Virus record (IMG/VR): IMGVR_UViG_3300037470_000128
Span: 1-49,949 of that record
Strand: one strand, 5' to 3'
Source of the DNA: a virus
Taxonomy: Duplodnaviria; Caudoviricetes
DNA: 49,949 nt
Shown: one piece after another, positions 8,252 through 16,584 of the stretch
How positions within the stretch are numbered: the first letter of the stretch is position 1
Layout of the letters: each line of letters begins with the position of its first letter
Notes under the pieces: model-generated
Database searches by the model: none
Told to the model about the DNA's origin: nothing
Seen by the model: the letters and a program-made list of their open reading frames with translations, nothing else
Position numbers and translations under genes: made by a program

Positions 8252-8316
8252 AAGGCCGGGCCTGGCCTGGCGTGGCAGGGCAAGGCGGGGCGGGGCGAGG
8301 CTGGGCGCGGCAAGGT
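8252..8316 (+). ncRNA. Pentamer array 2, (GGC-NN)x12 plus GGT; candidate guide RNA
   Basis: GGC every 5 nt from 8254 to 8309, GGT at 8314; NN = CG CT CT GT AG AA GG GG GA TG GC AA. Confidence 0.7.
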
Positions 8317-8332
8317 GAAGTAACAGGAGAAC

Positions 8333-8360
8333 AAAACCCCCACATCGGGGGTTTTTTATT
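8333..8360 (+). terminator. Intrinsic terminator closing the Cas7-like/array module
   Basis: AAAACCCCC-ACATC-GGGGGTTTTTT. Confidence 0.85.
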
Positions 8361-8369
8361 GCCAGAAAT

Positions 8370-8954
8370 ATGACAAAACAAAGATGGAAAGATCAGACTG
8401 TCGCCGTAATTGGCAGCGGACCGAGCCTGACAGAGCACGACTGCCAGCTGATAGAAGCGGCAGGCCTGCCTACCGTCGTCACCAACGCCACTTGGAAAAT
8501 CGCCCCGTTCTGCGATGTGATCATGGGTGCCGACCATGCCTGGTGGCGGGACAATCACGACAAGATCACAGTGCCCGCCGAGAGGGTGACGATTTCGCAG
8601 AACGCTGCGCGGCAGTTCGGGCTGAGCCAATACGGCAAAACCCGGACATCGAAATTCAGCGGCCTGCGGGCCATCGAGTACGCCATGGATGAGGGTGCCA
8701 ATAGGATCATCCTGTTGGGGTTCGATTGCAGTACCCGGAAGGGCACGCACTGGCACGGCAATCACGTCGGCTTGGGTAACCCGGACGGCAACCGCTGCAA
8801 GAAATGGCAGTTCTGGCTGCTGGAGTTGTCGATGATCGCGAAGAAGCGCGGCGTCGAGATCATCAACTGCAGCCGCGAAACCGCACTGACCCATTTCCCG
8901 CGCATGCCGCTTGAAAAGGCACTGTCAAAAATAGGGGCAATAACCCGTGACTGA
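8370..8954 (+). CDS. DUF115/Maf/sialyltransferase-like Rossmann-fold protein (putative glycosyltransferase)
   Basis: VAVIGSGPSL, SGLRAI, IILLGFD, HWHG, IINCS motifs. Confidence 0.65.
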   Translation: MTKQRWKDQTVAVIGSGPSLTEHDCQLIEAAGLPTVVTNATWKIAPFCDVIMGADHAWWRDNHDKITVPAERVTISQNAARQFGLSQYGKTRTSKFSGLRAIEYAMDEGANRIILLGFDCSTRKGTHWHGNHVGLGNPDGNRCKKWQFWLLELSMIAKKRGVEIINCSRETALTHFPRMPLEKALSKIGAITRD

Positions 8955-9747
8955 TCCGATTCGCATCTTCGTCGGCTGCGCGCCGAACCATGAAGACGCC
9001 GAGAGCCAGGCTGTGCTTGAGTGGTCGATCCGCAAGCACACCCGCCTTCCGGTGCAGATCACATGGATGCGACTGAGCAGAGATACGGCGTCGCCGTGTT
9101 ATTCGTCCGACGGTGAGGGCTGGGATACCTCGCAGTGGGCAACGCCGTTCAGCGCCCTGCGTTGGTCTATTCCCGAGCAGTGCGGTTTTCAAGGCAAGGC
9201 CATCTACACCGATTCAGATGTGATATTCATGGCCGACCTGGCTGGGCTCTGGAATCAGCAGCACGCCCCGGGCAAGTTCCTGTTAGCCAAAGGCGGCGGC
9301 CAATGGCGCATCTGCGTCTCGATGTTTGACTGTGCCGAGGCGAAACGGAATATACCGCCGGTCGAGCGGATGATGCGTGACCCGCGGGCACACCAGAAGC
9401 TGTGCGGCCTGATCCGACAGAAACGGGATCTGGTGCAAGCGTTCTCCGGCGAGTGGAATTGCCTCGACCGCGAAATAGGACAGCGCCCCGTCGACCACCC
9501 GTCCATCAAAGCCATACACTACACAGACATGAAATCCCAGCCGCAGCTGCGCCACGCGCTGCCTAGGCTCAAGGCGCAAGGTCAAAAGCACTGGTTCGAC
9601 GGTAAGACAACGCCGCAGCGATTCCCGCGCATCAATGCTCTGTTCGATGACCTACTGGCCGAGGCTGCCGCGAACGGATACGGTCCCGATGGCTATATGC
9701 AGGATCCGCTTTTTGGTGACTACCGCAAGAAGGGATTTGCCGCATGA
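8947..9747 (+). CDS. GT-A fold glycosyltransferase (GT8-like)
   Basis: IRIFVG, WATPFS..RW, AIYTDSDVIF (DxD), EWNCLD, AIHYT. Confidence 0.8.
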   Translation: MTDPIRIFVGCAPNHEDAESQAVLEWSIRKHTRLPVQITWMRLSRDTASPCYSSDGEGWDTSQWATPFSALRWSIPEQCGFQGKAIYTDSDVIFMADLAGLWNQQHAPGKFLLAKGGGQWRICVSMFDCAEAKRNIPPVERMMRDPRAHQKLCGLIRQKRDLVQAFSGEWNCLDREIGQRPVDHPSIKAIHYTDMKSQPQLRHALPRLKAQGQKHWFDGKTTPQRFPRINALFDDLLAEAAANGYGPDGYMQDPLFGDYRKKGFAA

Positions 9748-10391
9748 TTACCGTTGCTTGCGTCCGCTCCGGCACCAAGTACGGCATTGAATACGTTGAG
9801 AGGCTCCGGAACATGGTAGCCCGGCACCTGCCGATGGAGCACCGGTTCATCTGCCTGACGGACCAGCCTGAAAAGATCGCCGGCGTCGAGAGGGTGCATA
9901 TCAGGCATTTCGGCTGGACGGGGTGGTGGGCAAAAATGGCGCTTCTGCATCCTCATCTGCGTGGCCCAGGGCGGTGCCTCTATTTCGACCTGGACACCGT
10001 TATCATCGACGACCTGACGCTGCTGGCGAATTGGGATGGAGAGTTCGGTATCTGCCAGAACTTTACAAAGCTGGCCGGAAATCATAACTGGCCCTGCAAA
10101 TATGGGTCCTGTGTTATGTCTCTGGCAGAAGGTTTCGGCGCCATTCTGTTTGACCGGTTCGTGGCTGACGCTAAGGGCTGGATGGCCCGCTGCCCCCGGG
10201 GCGATCAGCAGGCGATCGAGAAACTCTACCCGCACGCCGAGTTTCTGCAGGGCGCCATGCCGCCAGGCTATTTCGTCGGCCGCCGGGACTTCACCGGCGA
10301 TCGTCCGAGAGGCGCCGCGGTGATGGTCTTTGCTGGCCAGCACAAACCCCACAACACGCCGCACCAGTGGCTTAAAGAGGCATGGGTATGA
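9744..10391 (+). CDS. GT-A fold glycosyltransferase
   Basis: GTKYGIEYVERLRNMVARHL, FICLTD, GWWAKM, LYFDLDTVI (DxD), GDQ, KPH. Confidence 0.8.
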   Translation: MITVACVRSGTKYGIEYVERLRNMVARHLPMEHRFICLTDQPEKIAGVERVHIRHFGWTGWWAKMALLHPHLRGPGRCLYFDLDTVIIDDLTLLANWDGEFGICQNFTKLAGNHNWPCKYGSCVMSLAEGFGAILFDRFVADAKGWMARCPRGDQQAIEKLYPHAEFLQGAMPPGYFVGRRDFTGDRPRGAAVMVFAGQHKPHNTPHQWLKEAWV

Positions 10392-10987
10392 CCATTGTAA
10401 ATGGCCGCCAGGCGGCGCCGACCCTCGACGGCATCCGTGACGATCACCTGGCGCGGTATCAGCTAGCTGTAGACCATGCCCTGCGCAATCGCCTGAAAAC
10501 CGCCGTCGACGCAGGCTCCGGCATTGGCTATGGTGCCTGGATGCTGGCTAACGCCGGCCTTACTGTTGAGGCCTACGAGATCGATCAGAGAGCCATTGAC
10601 TACGGTCAGCAGTATTACCACCATGACCAGCTGGCCCGCATTCAGGCCGATATTTCCGAATTGGATATCCCGCAGGTTGACCTGCTCACCGCGTTCGAGA
10701 TCGTCGAACACAGTCACGCCGCCCCGGCATTCCTCGCCCGCGCCGCCGGCCATGCCCGTTGGTTGATTGCCTCTGTACCGAATGAGGCAGTGATCCCGTT
10801 CGCGCAGAACAGGCACCGCGAGCACGTGCGCCACTACACGGCTGATCAGTTCCGGAAGATGCTCCAGGACGCTGGCTGGGAGGTCGTGTCTATCGGCAGC
10901 CAGCGGGGCAAGTGCGGCGACGATGCCGAGGTCTGGCTGGGCGACACCTCCGGCCGCACGCTGATTGCGGTTTGTCGCTCAAAATGA
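10388..10987 (+). CDS. Class I SAM-dependent methyltransferase
   Basis: HLARY, VDAGSGIGYG (motif I), FEIVEH, SVPN. Confidence 0.88.
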   Translation: MTIVNGRQAAPTLDGIRDDHLARYQLAVDHALRNRLKTAVDAGSGIGYGAWMLANAGLTVEAYEIDQRAIDYGQQYYHHDQLARIQADISELDIPQVDLLTAFEIVEHSHAAPAFLARAAGHARWLIASVPNEAVIPFAQNRHREHVRHYTADQFRKMLQDAGWEVVSIGSQRGKCGDDAEVWLGDTSGRTLIAVCRSK

Positions 10988-11571
10988 TCATAAGCCATCG
11001 GTGGAAATTCATTTTCATCAAGACGCGAAAGACAGCGGGCTCGTCGATAGAGGCTGCGCTGGCTTCAATTCTGGGCCCGGATGATATATCGACCGGCTCG
11101 GTTCGTGACGGCACACCTCGTCTGAACTGCCCGGACAAAGTAACCGGGCATTGGGGCTGGCGCCGGATCGTCGGACTAGCCGGCAAGGATGCATTTTGGA
11201 ATTACCGCAGGTTCTGCGTTGAGCGTAACCCCTACGACAAAACGGTGAGCGACTGGCTGTACCACCGCGACCAGTTGCGCGACACTGCGCTGCCGCTGGC
11301 CGACTACATTGAGCACAATGGCCCGAGCGACTGGGAACGCTACACGCAGTCCGGTAAGCCGATTGCCCGTGTGCTGCTGTTCGAAAACATCGTCGCCGAG
11401 TTCGCCAAGCAGTGCGCGGCCATGGACATACCGGTGATAAATCTGGACCCATACCAGCTGAAGAGAAACCAATCCCGCGGCCCGTACAGTGACTATCACG
11501 ACTCAAGCAGCCGAACTTGCGTTGCTCGGATATTCGCCAACGAATTGAAGCACTTCGGATACCAGCCGTGA
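10984..11571 (+). CDS. Sulfotransferase (Sulfotransfer_2-like)
   Basis: MIISHRWKFIFIKTRKTAGSSI (5'-PSB loop) and RNPYDKTVS (3'-PB motif); ATGA overlap with the methyltransferase. Confidence 0.82.
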   Translation: MIISHRWKFIFIKTRKTAGSSIEAALASILGPDDISTGSVRDGTPRLNCPDKVTGHWGWRRIVGLAGKDAFWNYRRFCVERNPYDKTVSDWLYHRDQLRDTALPLADYIEHNGPSDWERYTQSGKPIARVLLFENIVAEFAKQCAAMDIPVINLDPYQLKRNQSRGPYSDYHDSSSRTCVARIFANELKHFGYQP

Positions 11572-12380
11572 AGATCATCGCCTTCGAGCCCGACTACAAC
11601 GAGAAGCACCGCGCCGTGCTCAGGGCCCTGTCCGAGGGTATCCCGGGTGCAGAAGTGCGAACCCTGGGCCAATACGAACCCTGCGACATCGCCGTGATTT
11701 TCGGTGCCGCGAAAGATGCCTACCCGCCGACCTGGCCCAAGCGCGAGATCCTCGCCAAACACCAGGGGCGACGGCTGCTGATGGTTGAGTCCGCCTTCGT
11801 GCGCCGCGGCGAGTACTATCAGGTGGGATGGGGCGGCTACGCCGGTAACGCGGATTTCAACAATGACCTCGTGCCGCGGGATCGCTGGGAGTCGATGGGC
11901 ATCAAGACCAAACCCTGGCAGCGCCGAACGGTCGGCCCGGTCGTTGTCTGTGGTCAGCTACCGCGCGACACCCAGGTTCAGGGTATGGATCACGTGGCCT
12001 GGTGCCGGCGCACCGTTAACGAATTGCGTAGAATGGGCGAGCATGTCATCTTTCGCCCGCATCCGAGGCAGCAGGACGTATCGATTTACGGCGTGCCGTC
12101 ACACCTGATCGGCGACGGCAAGATTGGCAAGACACTGGCCGCGGCAAAGTGCGTCGTCACCTGGAATTCCACGTCCGCGGTGGATGCTCTGATCCGAGGC
12201 GTCCCGGCCATCGCTATGCACCCCAGCTCGGTATCCTACCCAGTCGCCCAGCACCGCCTTGAAGACGTGAAGAAGCTACGCTACCCATCGCGTCGCCAGT
12301 GGCTGGCCGGCCTCGGGTATGCCCAGTGGACGCTGGAAGAAATGCGGGCCGGGCTTCCGTGGGTTCATCTGAACCGCTGA
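11568..12380 (+). CDS. KpsS/Capsule_synth-like GT-B glycosyltransferase
   Basis: GQLPRDTQ, FRPHP, VVTWNSTSAVDALIRGVP motifs; GTGA overlap. Confidence 0.72.
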   Translation: MKIIAFEPDYNEKHRAVLRALSEGIPGAEVRTLGQYEPCDIAVIFGAAKDAYPPTWPKREILAKHQGRRLLMVESAFVRRGEYYQVGWGGYAGNADFNNDLVPRDRWESMGIKTKPWQRRTVGPVVVCGQLPRDTQVQGMDHVAWCRRTVNELRRMGEHVIFRPHPRQQDVSIYGVPSHLIGDGKIGKTLAAAKCVVTWNSTSAVDALIRGVPAIAMHPSSVSYPVAQHRLEDVKKLRYPSRRQWLAGLGYAQWTLEEMRAGLPWVHLNR

Positions 12381-12388
12381 GGCTGCAG

Positions 12389-13039
12389 ATGGCTGAAATT
12401 GAATTCTGCGAGATTACCGACCGCCACGACAACATCGCCATTGTGGCCAGCGGCCCGAGCGCGCGGGGATTCTCGGCACCGCCGGGCGTGACGGTCATCG
12501 CAGTCAACGGTACCATAGAGTGGCTGCCGACAGCCGACTACTGGTTCACGCTGGACCCGGGCCAGCGCAACCGGGCCCGCATGCTTAACCGCCGACCCGG
12601 CACGGTCTACTTCGCGGCAGTGCCAAGCACATTCGGCACCGCCAGCGCCCCGCTCACAGGAATGCGTCAGCCGGCCCCAGCAGGAATCCGGTACCTGCTG
12701 CGCATGACTGGTAACGGGGTATTGAGTGCCAAGACCGGGCTTTCTGATCACCCCGGGCAGATCCACACCGGCAACAGCGCCTATGGCGCCCTTGGTCTGG
12801 CGTACCTCATGGATGCCCGGCGTATCTCCCTGTTCGGCGTCGATGCCAGCCACGACCGGAGGATTGAGGGCGGGCGATCCAGCAACCTGGATCATCTGCC
12901 GGCGCTTTTTGCTACCGCCGCCTCGCAGCTGTATGGTGCTGGTGTCGAGGTGGTCAACGCTAGCCCCGGCAGCGCGATCGAGTGCTTTCCGAAGATGACA
13001 ATGGGAGATGCCCTGCAATGGCTCAGCACGAACTGGTAA
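12389..13039 (+). CDS. Second DUF115/Maf-like putative glycosyltransferase (paralog of 8370-8954)
   Basis: IAIVASGPSA, VIAVN, GNSAYGALGLAY, ISLFGVD, VVNASPGS. Confidence 0.65.
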   Translation: MAEIEFCEITDRHDNIAIVASGPSARGFSAPPGVTVIAVNGTIEWLPTADYWFTLDPGQRNRARMLNRRPGTVYFAAVPSTFGTASAPLTGMRQPAPAGIRYLLRMTGNGVLSAKTGLSDHPGQIHTGNSAYGALGLAYLMDARRISLFGVDASHDRRIEGGRSSNLDHLPALFATAASQLYGAGVEVVNASPGSAIECFPKMTMGDALQWLSTNW

Positions 13040-13341
13040 CCATCAAGTGCCCCGACTCGGCGACCAGCCAAGGCACCCAGATATTAACGCCGGATGGCTA
13101 CGACCTGGCCAAGCATTGTCTCCGCGCAGTGATCACGTTGGGCGCCAAAGAGCTGAACGAAGTCGAACTTCATATGAGTTTTATCCGGCCGGAGGAGATC
13201 CAGGCCATACCGCTGTTATCCCTGGAATCACTGCGTGAAATGGCCAAGCACTACAACTGCACCTTGATTGAGTTCGACGACAGCGTAGATGTTACGACCC
13301 TGGCCGACGAATCCCGCAAGTGGGGTCATGGAAATGGCTGA
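13018..13341 (+). CDS. Hypothetical protein
   Basis: ORF in operon context, GGGAG upstream. Confidence 0.55.
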   Translation: MAQHELVTIKCPDSATSQGTQILTPDGYDLAKHCLRAVITLGAKELNEVELHMSFIRPEEIQAIPLLSLESLREMAKHYNCTLIEFDDSVDVTTLADESRKWGHGNG

Positions 13342-13367
13342 GGTAATAATCGTGTTGGAACAGTGCG

Positions 13368-13901
13368 ATGGAAACTAAGGTCTACGGCCGCTTCCAAAAC
13401 ACCGGAGTCGTGATCAACTATTCGCGCAACATCTCGAACGATGTTGAGAACCCGAACGCCACCATAACTACCACCGGTGGCGGCACACCGGATGTGCTGC
13501 CGATGTTCAACGATGGGGATAACGGCTTCGAATTCCGGACTGTGACAGAGTCGTTCGAGGTGCTCGACTTTGATGAGACATTCAATAGCAACCAGGGAGG
13601 CATCATATCCAACCGGGCTAAGCGCGACACCGAGTACTTCACCAGAATAACGGTGACCAACCAGGGCGGCACAGCGGGAACTGTTTCGTTCCAGAATTTT
13701 CTGGTGTTCGATAAATCAATTCCAGGTACAGGTATCTCGATAGACAGTTCTGAGCAGACGTTAAGCCCAGGTGCCGAGGCAGCACACAACACCAAATTCT
13801 TTGGCGGCGGCATCGAGGCGATCTATCCGCGCATCTCAACGAGCGTAAGCCGTCCTATGCTTATGCGTGGTTTAGACATCACGGCGAGTGAGAACCAATG
13901 A
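13368..13901 (+). CDS. Hypothetical beta-rich protein (possible virion decoration)
   Basis: Thr/Gly/Asn-rich beta-strand pattern in the late operon. Confidence 0.55.
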   Translation: METKVYGRFQNTGVVINYSRNISNDVENPNATITTTGGGTPDVLPMFNDGDNGFEFRTVTESFEVLDFDETFNSNQGGIISNRAKRDTEYFTRITVTNQGGTAGTVSFQNFLVFDKSIPGTGISIDSSEQTLSPGAEAAHNTKFFGGGIEAIYPRISTSVSRPMLMRGLDITASENQ

Positions 13902-14245
13902 GCGCGATCACGCTGTTCGAAGATCAAGGCGTAACCGGATTTAGCAAATCGATAGGAAATGAACACAGAATAATCGACAGCCATGTCGTTCAGGTTACGT
14001 TTACCGGTAGCCCATCGGCTGTTTCATTATATCTGCAAGGTAGTCTAGATAAAGTGTCTTGGTTTAATTTGGCCGAACATATCGCGACTGCTGATCAACT
14101 CTCAGACGGACAGTTGATGTATCACGTGGTCTATAAACCTGTAACATTCATCAGACTATCGCTTGAAACTCTGTCGGGTGGAAGTAACCCAAAAGTCACC
14201 GCAAAATATTCATTCTCTGTAAAATATATTGGTGACCTGGTATGA
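13898..14245 (+). CDS. Hypothetical beta-sandwich-like protein, AT-rich
   Basis: ATGA overlaps; LQGSLDKVSWFNL motif recurrent in phage structural proteins. Confidence 0.6.
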   Translation: MSAITLFEDQGVTGFSKSIGNEHRIIDSHVVQVTFTGSPSAVSLYLQGSLDKVSWFNLAEHIATADQLSDGQLMYHVVYKPVTFIRLSLETLSGGSNPKVTAKYSFSVKYIGDLV

Positions 14246-14499
14246 CCCTATCGGATGTGAATGACGAACTGGCGGCTCGCCTACCAACATTCAAGGGCGG
14301 TGGTTGGAATGACCTATCGATCGAGCGCGGCGGCAATGTGATTCTTCGCCTGGGTCGCGGCACCCCTGAAGCCCCGGGAGTAGTGACCTACGAATCAAAT
14401 ATGAACGAGCACAGCATGACCGTGGAACAGGTGCTTAACATCTTCGCGGCGGGCAACAACGGCATCCGTCTGATCAAGCAGTACACGACGGCGGGGTGA
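14242..14499 (+). CDS. Hypothetical protein
   Basis: ATGA overlap, operon context. Confidence 0.55.
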   Translation: MTLSDVNDELAARLPTFKGGGWNDLSIERGGNVILRLGRGTPEAPGVVTYESNMNEHSMTVEQVLNIFAAGNNGIRLIKQYTTAG

Positions 14500-14502
14500 T
14501 CA

Positions 14503-15000
14503 ATGGCTGATGGCATAGAGTTCAGTATCACGGGCCTCGACCCAGTGCTGGCGAAGATGCGAAGCGTGAAGCAAGACATCCGCAAGAAGGGCGGGCGGTT
14601 CGCGCTGCGCAAGGCCGCCAATTTGGTAGCCGCCGCCGCCAAGCAGAATTCTGCCAGTATCAACGACCCAACGACGGGCCGAAGCATTGCAGACAATATC
14701 GCCTTGCGGTTCTCAACGCGTACATTCAAGCGCACCGGTGATCTGATGTTCCGCATCGGCGTGCTGCATGGCGCGGTGTTACCAAAACCGGGCGAGGAGG
14801 CAGACACTGGCGCCGGCGGCCCGACGCCACACTGGCGCCTGATTGAGTTTGGCACAGAGAACATGCCGGCAACCCCGTTCATGCGCCGGTCACTGTCGGA
14901 CAATATCAACGCCGTGATCAGTGCCTTCGTGACCAACTACGACAAGGCGCTTGACCGCGCCATCAGACGCGCAGCCAAAGTTGCGCAGCAGGGCGGCTGA
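14503..15000 (+). CDS. HK97 gp10-family tail component
   Basis: HWRLIEFGTENMPATPFMRRSL motif. Confidence 0.9.
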   Translation: MADGIEFSITGLDPVLAKMRSVKQDIRKKGGRFALRKAANLVAAAAKQNSASINDPTTGRSIADNIALRFSTRTFKRTGDLMFRIGVLHGAVLPKPGEEADTGAGGPTPHWRLIEFGTENMPATPFMRRSLSDNINAVISAFVTNYDKALDRAIRRAAKVAQQGG

Positions 15001-15368
15001 TGTATCCACCGATTTTTGCCACAGTCTCGGCAGATGCTGGCGTTACGGCGCTGCTGGGCAGTGTGCCCAATTGCCGGTTTTTCCTGTTTGGCCAGGCGCC
15101 ACAGGGCGTGACCAAACCCTATGCGGTATGGAGGCAGATCAGTGGCCGGCCGGAGAACTATCTTGGAAAAGTGCCGGACATCGATCAGTTCGGCATCCAG
15201 GTCGATGTCTATGCAGACTCTGCGAGCGGTGCCCGAGCAGTCGCCGAGGCGTTGCGCGACGCTATCGAGCCCGTCGCGCACATCACTTTCTGGCGTGGCG
15301 ATTCGACCGATCCCGAGACCAAGAACAAAGTTTTCACATTTGAGGTCGATTGGTTCGTGAACCGATGA
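15000..15368 (+). CDS. Tail terminator / tail completion protein (DUF3168-like)
   Basis: FGQAPQGVTKPYAVW, IQVDVYA; position between gp10 and the tail tube gene. Confidence 0.85.
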   Translation: MYPPIFATVSADAGVTALLGSVPNCRFFLFGQAPQGVTKPYAVWRQISGRPENYLGKVPDIDQFGIQVDVYADSASGARAVAEALRDAIEPVAHITFWRGDSTDPETKNKVFTFEVDWFVNR

Positions 15369-15392
15369 CCCCACCCCGAGCAACAAACCCGG

Positions 15393-15414
15393 CCCGCCAC
15401 GTGCGGGTTTTTTA
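15393..15414 (+). terminator. Intrinsic terminator-like hairpin before tail tube gene
   Basis: CCCGC-CACGT-GCGGG followed by TTTTTT. Confidence 0.6.
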
Positions 15415-15454
15415 TACCTGAAACAGTCCGGCCCCGCCGGCGAAGGAGCTATAC

Positions 15455-15922
15455 GTGGCTAAGAAAACCCAGGGCACAGACCTCTATGCCATTGATCCGG
15501 CAGACGACTCGGTCATTACCGTCGGCTGTGTCCTTACTATCGACGGTATCGATACCGCCATCAATCAGATCCAAACAACCTGCCTCGGCGATACGGCACA
15601 CACCTATCTGGCCGGTCTGGCGACGCCTGGAAACGCCAGCTTCGGCATCAACATCGATCCATCGGACGCCAGTCACATTCGGCTGCATCAGCTGAAGGTG
15701 GCAGGTACCACGCTGAAGTGGGCGCTGGGCTGGTCAGAAGACCCCGGTACGCCGCCGACCGTTGACAGCGCCGGTGATTTTGTTCTACCGACATCGCGAA
15801 GCTGGCTGACCTTCGACGGCCACATGTCGTCCTTCCCGTTCTCGTTCGCACTCGACAGCGTTGTGCAGTCGTCCGTCGGCATCCAGGTCTCGGGCGAAAT
15901 CGTCCTGACGCCGGCGACCTAA
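15455..15922 (+). CDS. Major tail tube protein
   Basis: KTQGTDLY, IQTTCL, YLAGLATPG, FPFSFALDSVV; AAGGAG RBS with GTG start. Confidence 0.88.
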   Translation: MAKKTQGTDLYAIDPADDSVITVGCVLTIDGIDTAINQIQTTCLGDTAHTYLAGLATPGNASFGINIDPSDASHIRLHQLKVAGTTLKWALGWSEDPGTPPTVDSAGDFVLPTSRSWLTFDGHMSSFPFSFALDSVVQSSVGIQVSGEIVLTPAT

Positions 15923-15931
15923 GAGGTTTCT

Positions 15932-16351
15932 ATGGATCTGAAACAGCTGAAGGCGCGCGGCGGGTTGGTGATGGACCCGCCGGTCAAGCGCGATATCGAA
16001 TGGACCCATGTGCTCGATGACGGAGACGAGGTCACCGACCTGTTCTCCGTCTGGGTCCGACGGCTGCCCTATGGCGACGTCGAGCGCATGATACGCGCTG
16101 CCCAAAATGACGGCTCGATATCCGTGGAGATGATCTCATTGGGCATCCGGCTGGGAGACAAGGGCCAGGAGGCGATCAGTCAGGACGAAGCCTATCTGCT
16201 CGATCCGAGCCTGGCCAGGCTGTTTGCCGAGGTCGTCGAGGAGGTCAACGTCCGCAAAAAAAAGACCTCGACGCCACAGACGACATCTGGCACCAGCTCG
16301 TCGCCCGAGGCATCGGAGGCCGAACAGTCGCCGAAGCCAAGTACAGAATGA
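15932..16351 (+). CDS. Tail assembly chaperone (lambda gpG-like)
   Basis: Between tail tube and tape measure genes; contains slippery A AAA AAG at 16258-16264. Confidence 0.85.
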   Translation: MDLKQLKARGGLVMDPPVKRDIEWTHVLDDGDEVTDLFSVWVRRLPYGDVERMIRAAQNDGSISVEMISLGIRLGDKGQEAISQDEAYLLDPSLARLFAEVVEEVNVRKKKTSTPQTTSGTSSSPEASEAEQSPKPSTE

Positions 16352-16581
16352 GTTATGCCGAGGCGCTAGAGTGGGGCGGCTACATCGAGCGTACCGGCCC
16401 GATCGACATCGGGCAGCGCCTCGATCGCGGTTTCGCCATGCTCGCGGTGCTTATCTCGCAACTGGGCGGTAAGCGCAACGCCAAGATGGAAGATTTCCTT
16501 CCGCAGCGGCAGGAAGATGACGCCACCCTGGACGATGTACTCGACATGCTCCACGCCTCCAAGAATTCACGCAGGAAATAA
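16258..16581 (+). CDS. -1 frameshift extension of the tail chaperone (gpGT-like)
   Basis: The -1 frame is open from the slippery site: KDLDATDDIWHQLVARGIGGRTVAEAKYRMSYAEALEW... Confidence 0.85.
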   Translation, partial: KKDLDATDDIWHQLVARGIGGRTVAEAKYRMSYAEALEWGGYIERTGPIDIGQRLDRGFAMLAVLISQLGGKRNAKMEDFLPQRQEDDATLDDVLDMLHASKNSRRK

Positions 16582-16584
16582 TCA

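Noticed and set aside
8130-8316. Canonical CRISPR array or simple microsatellite
   Set aside because: No 23-47 bp repeats with spacers; the NN positions are too diverse for slippage-derived repeats
7981-8343. ORFs across the GGC-NN arrays (WRGTAWRGLAGRG..., PRPASPRPALP...)
   Set aside because: Low-complexity translations of a 5-nt periodic repeat with no RBS or operon logic; a non-coding interpretation fits better
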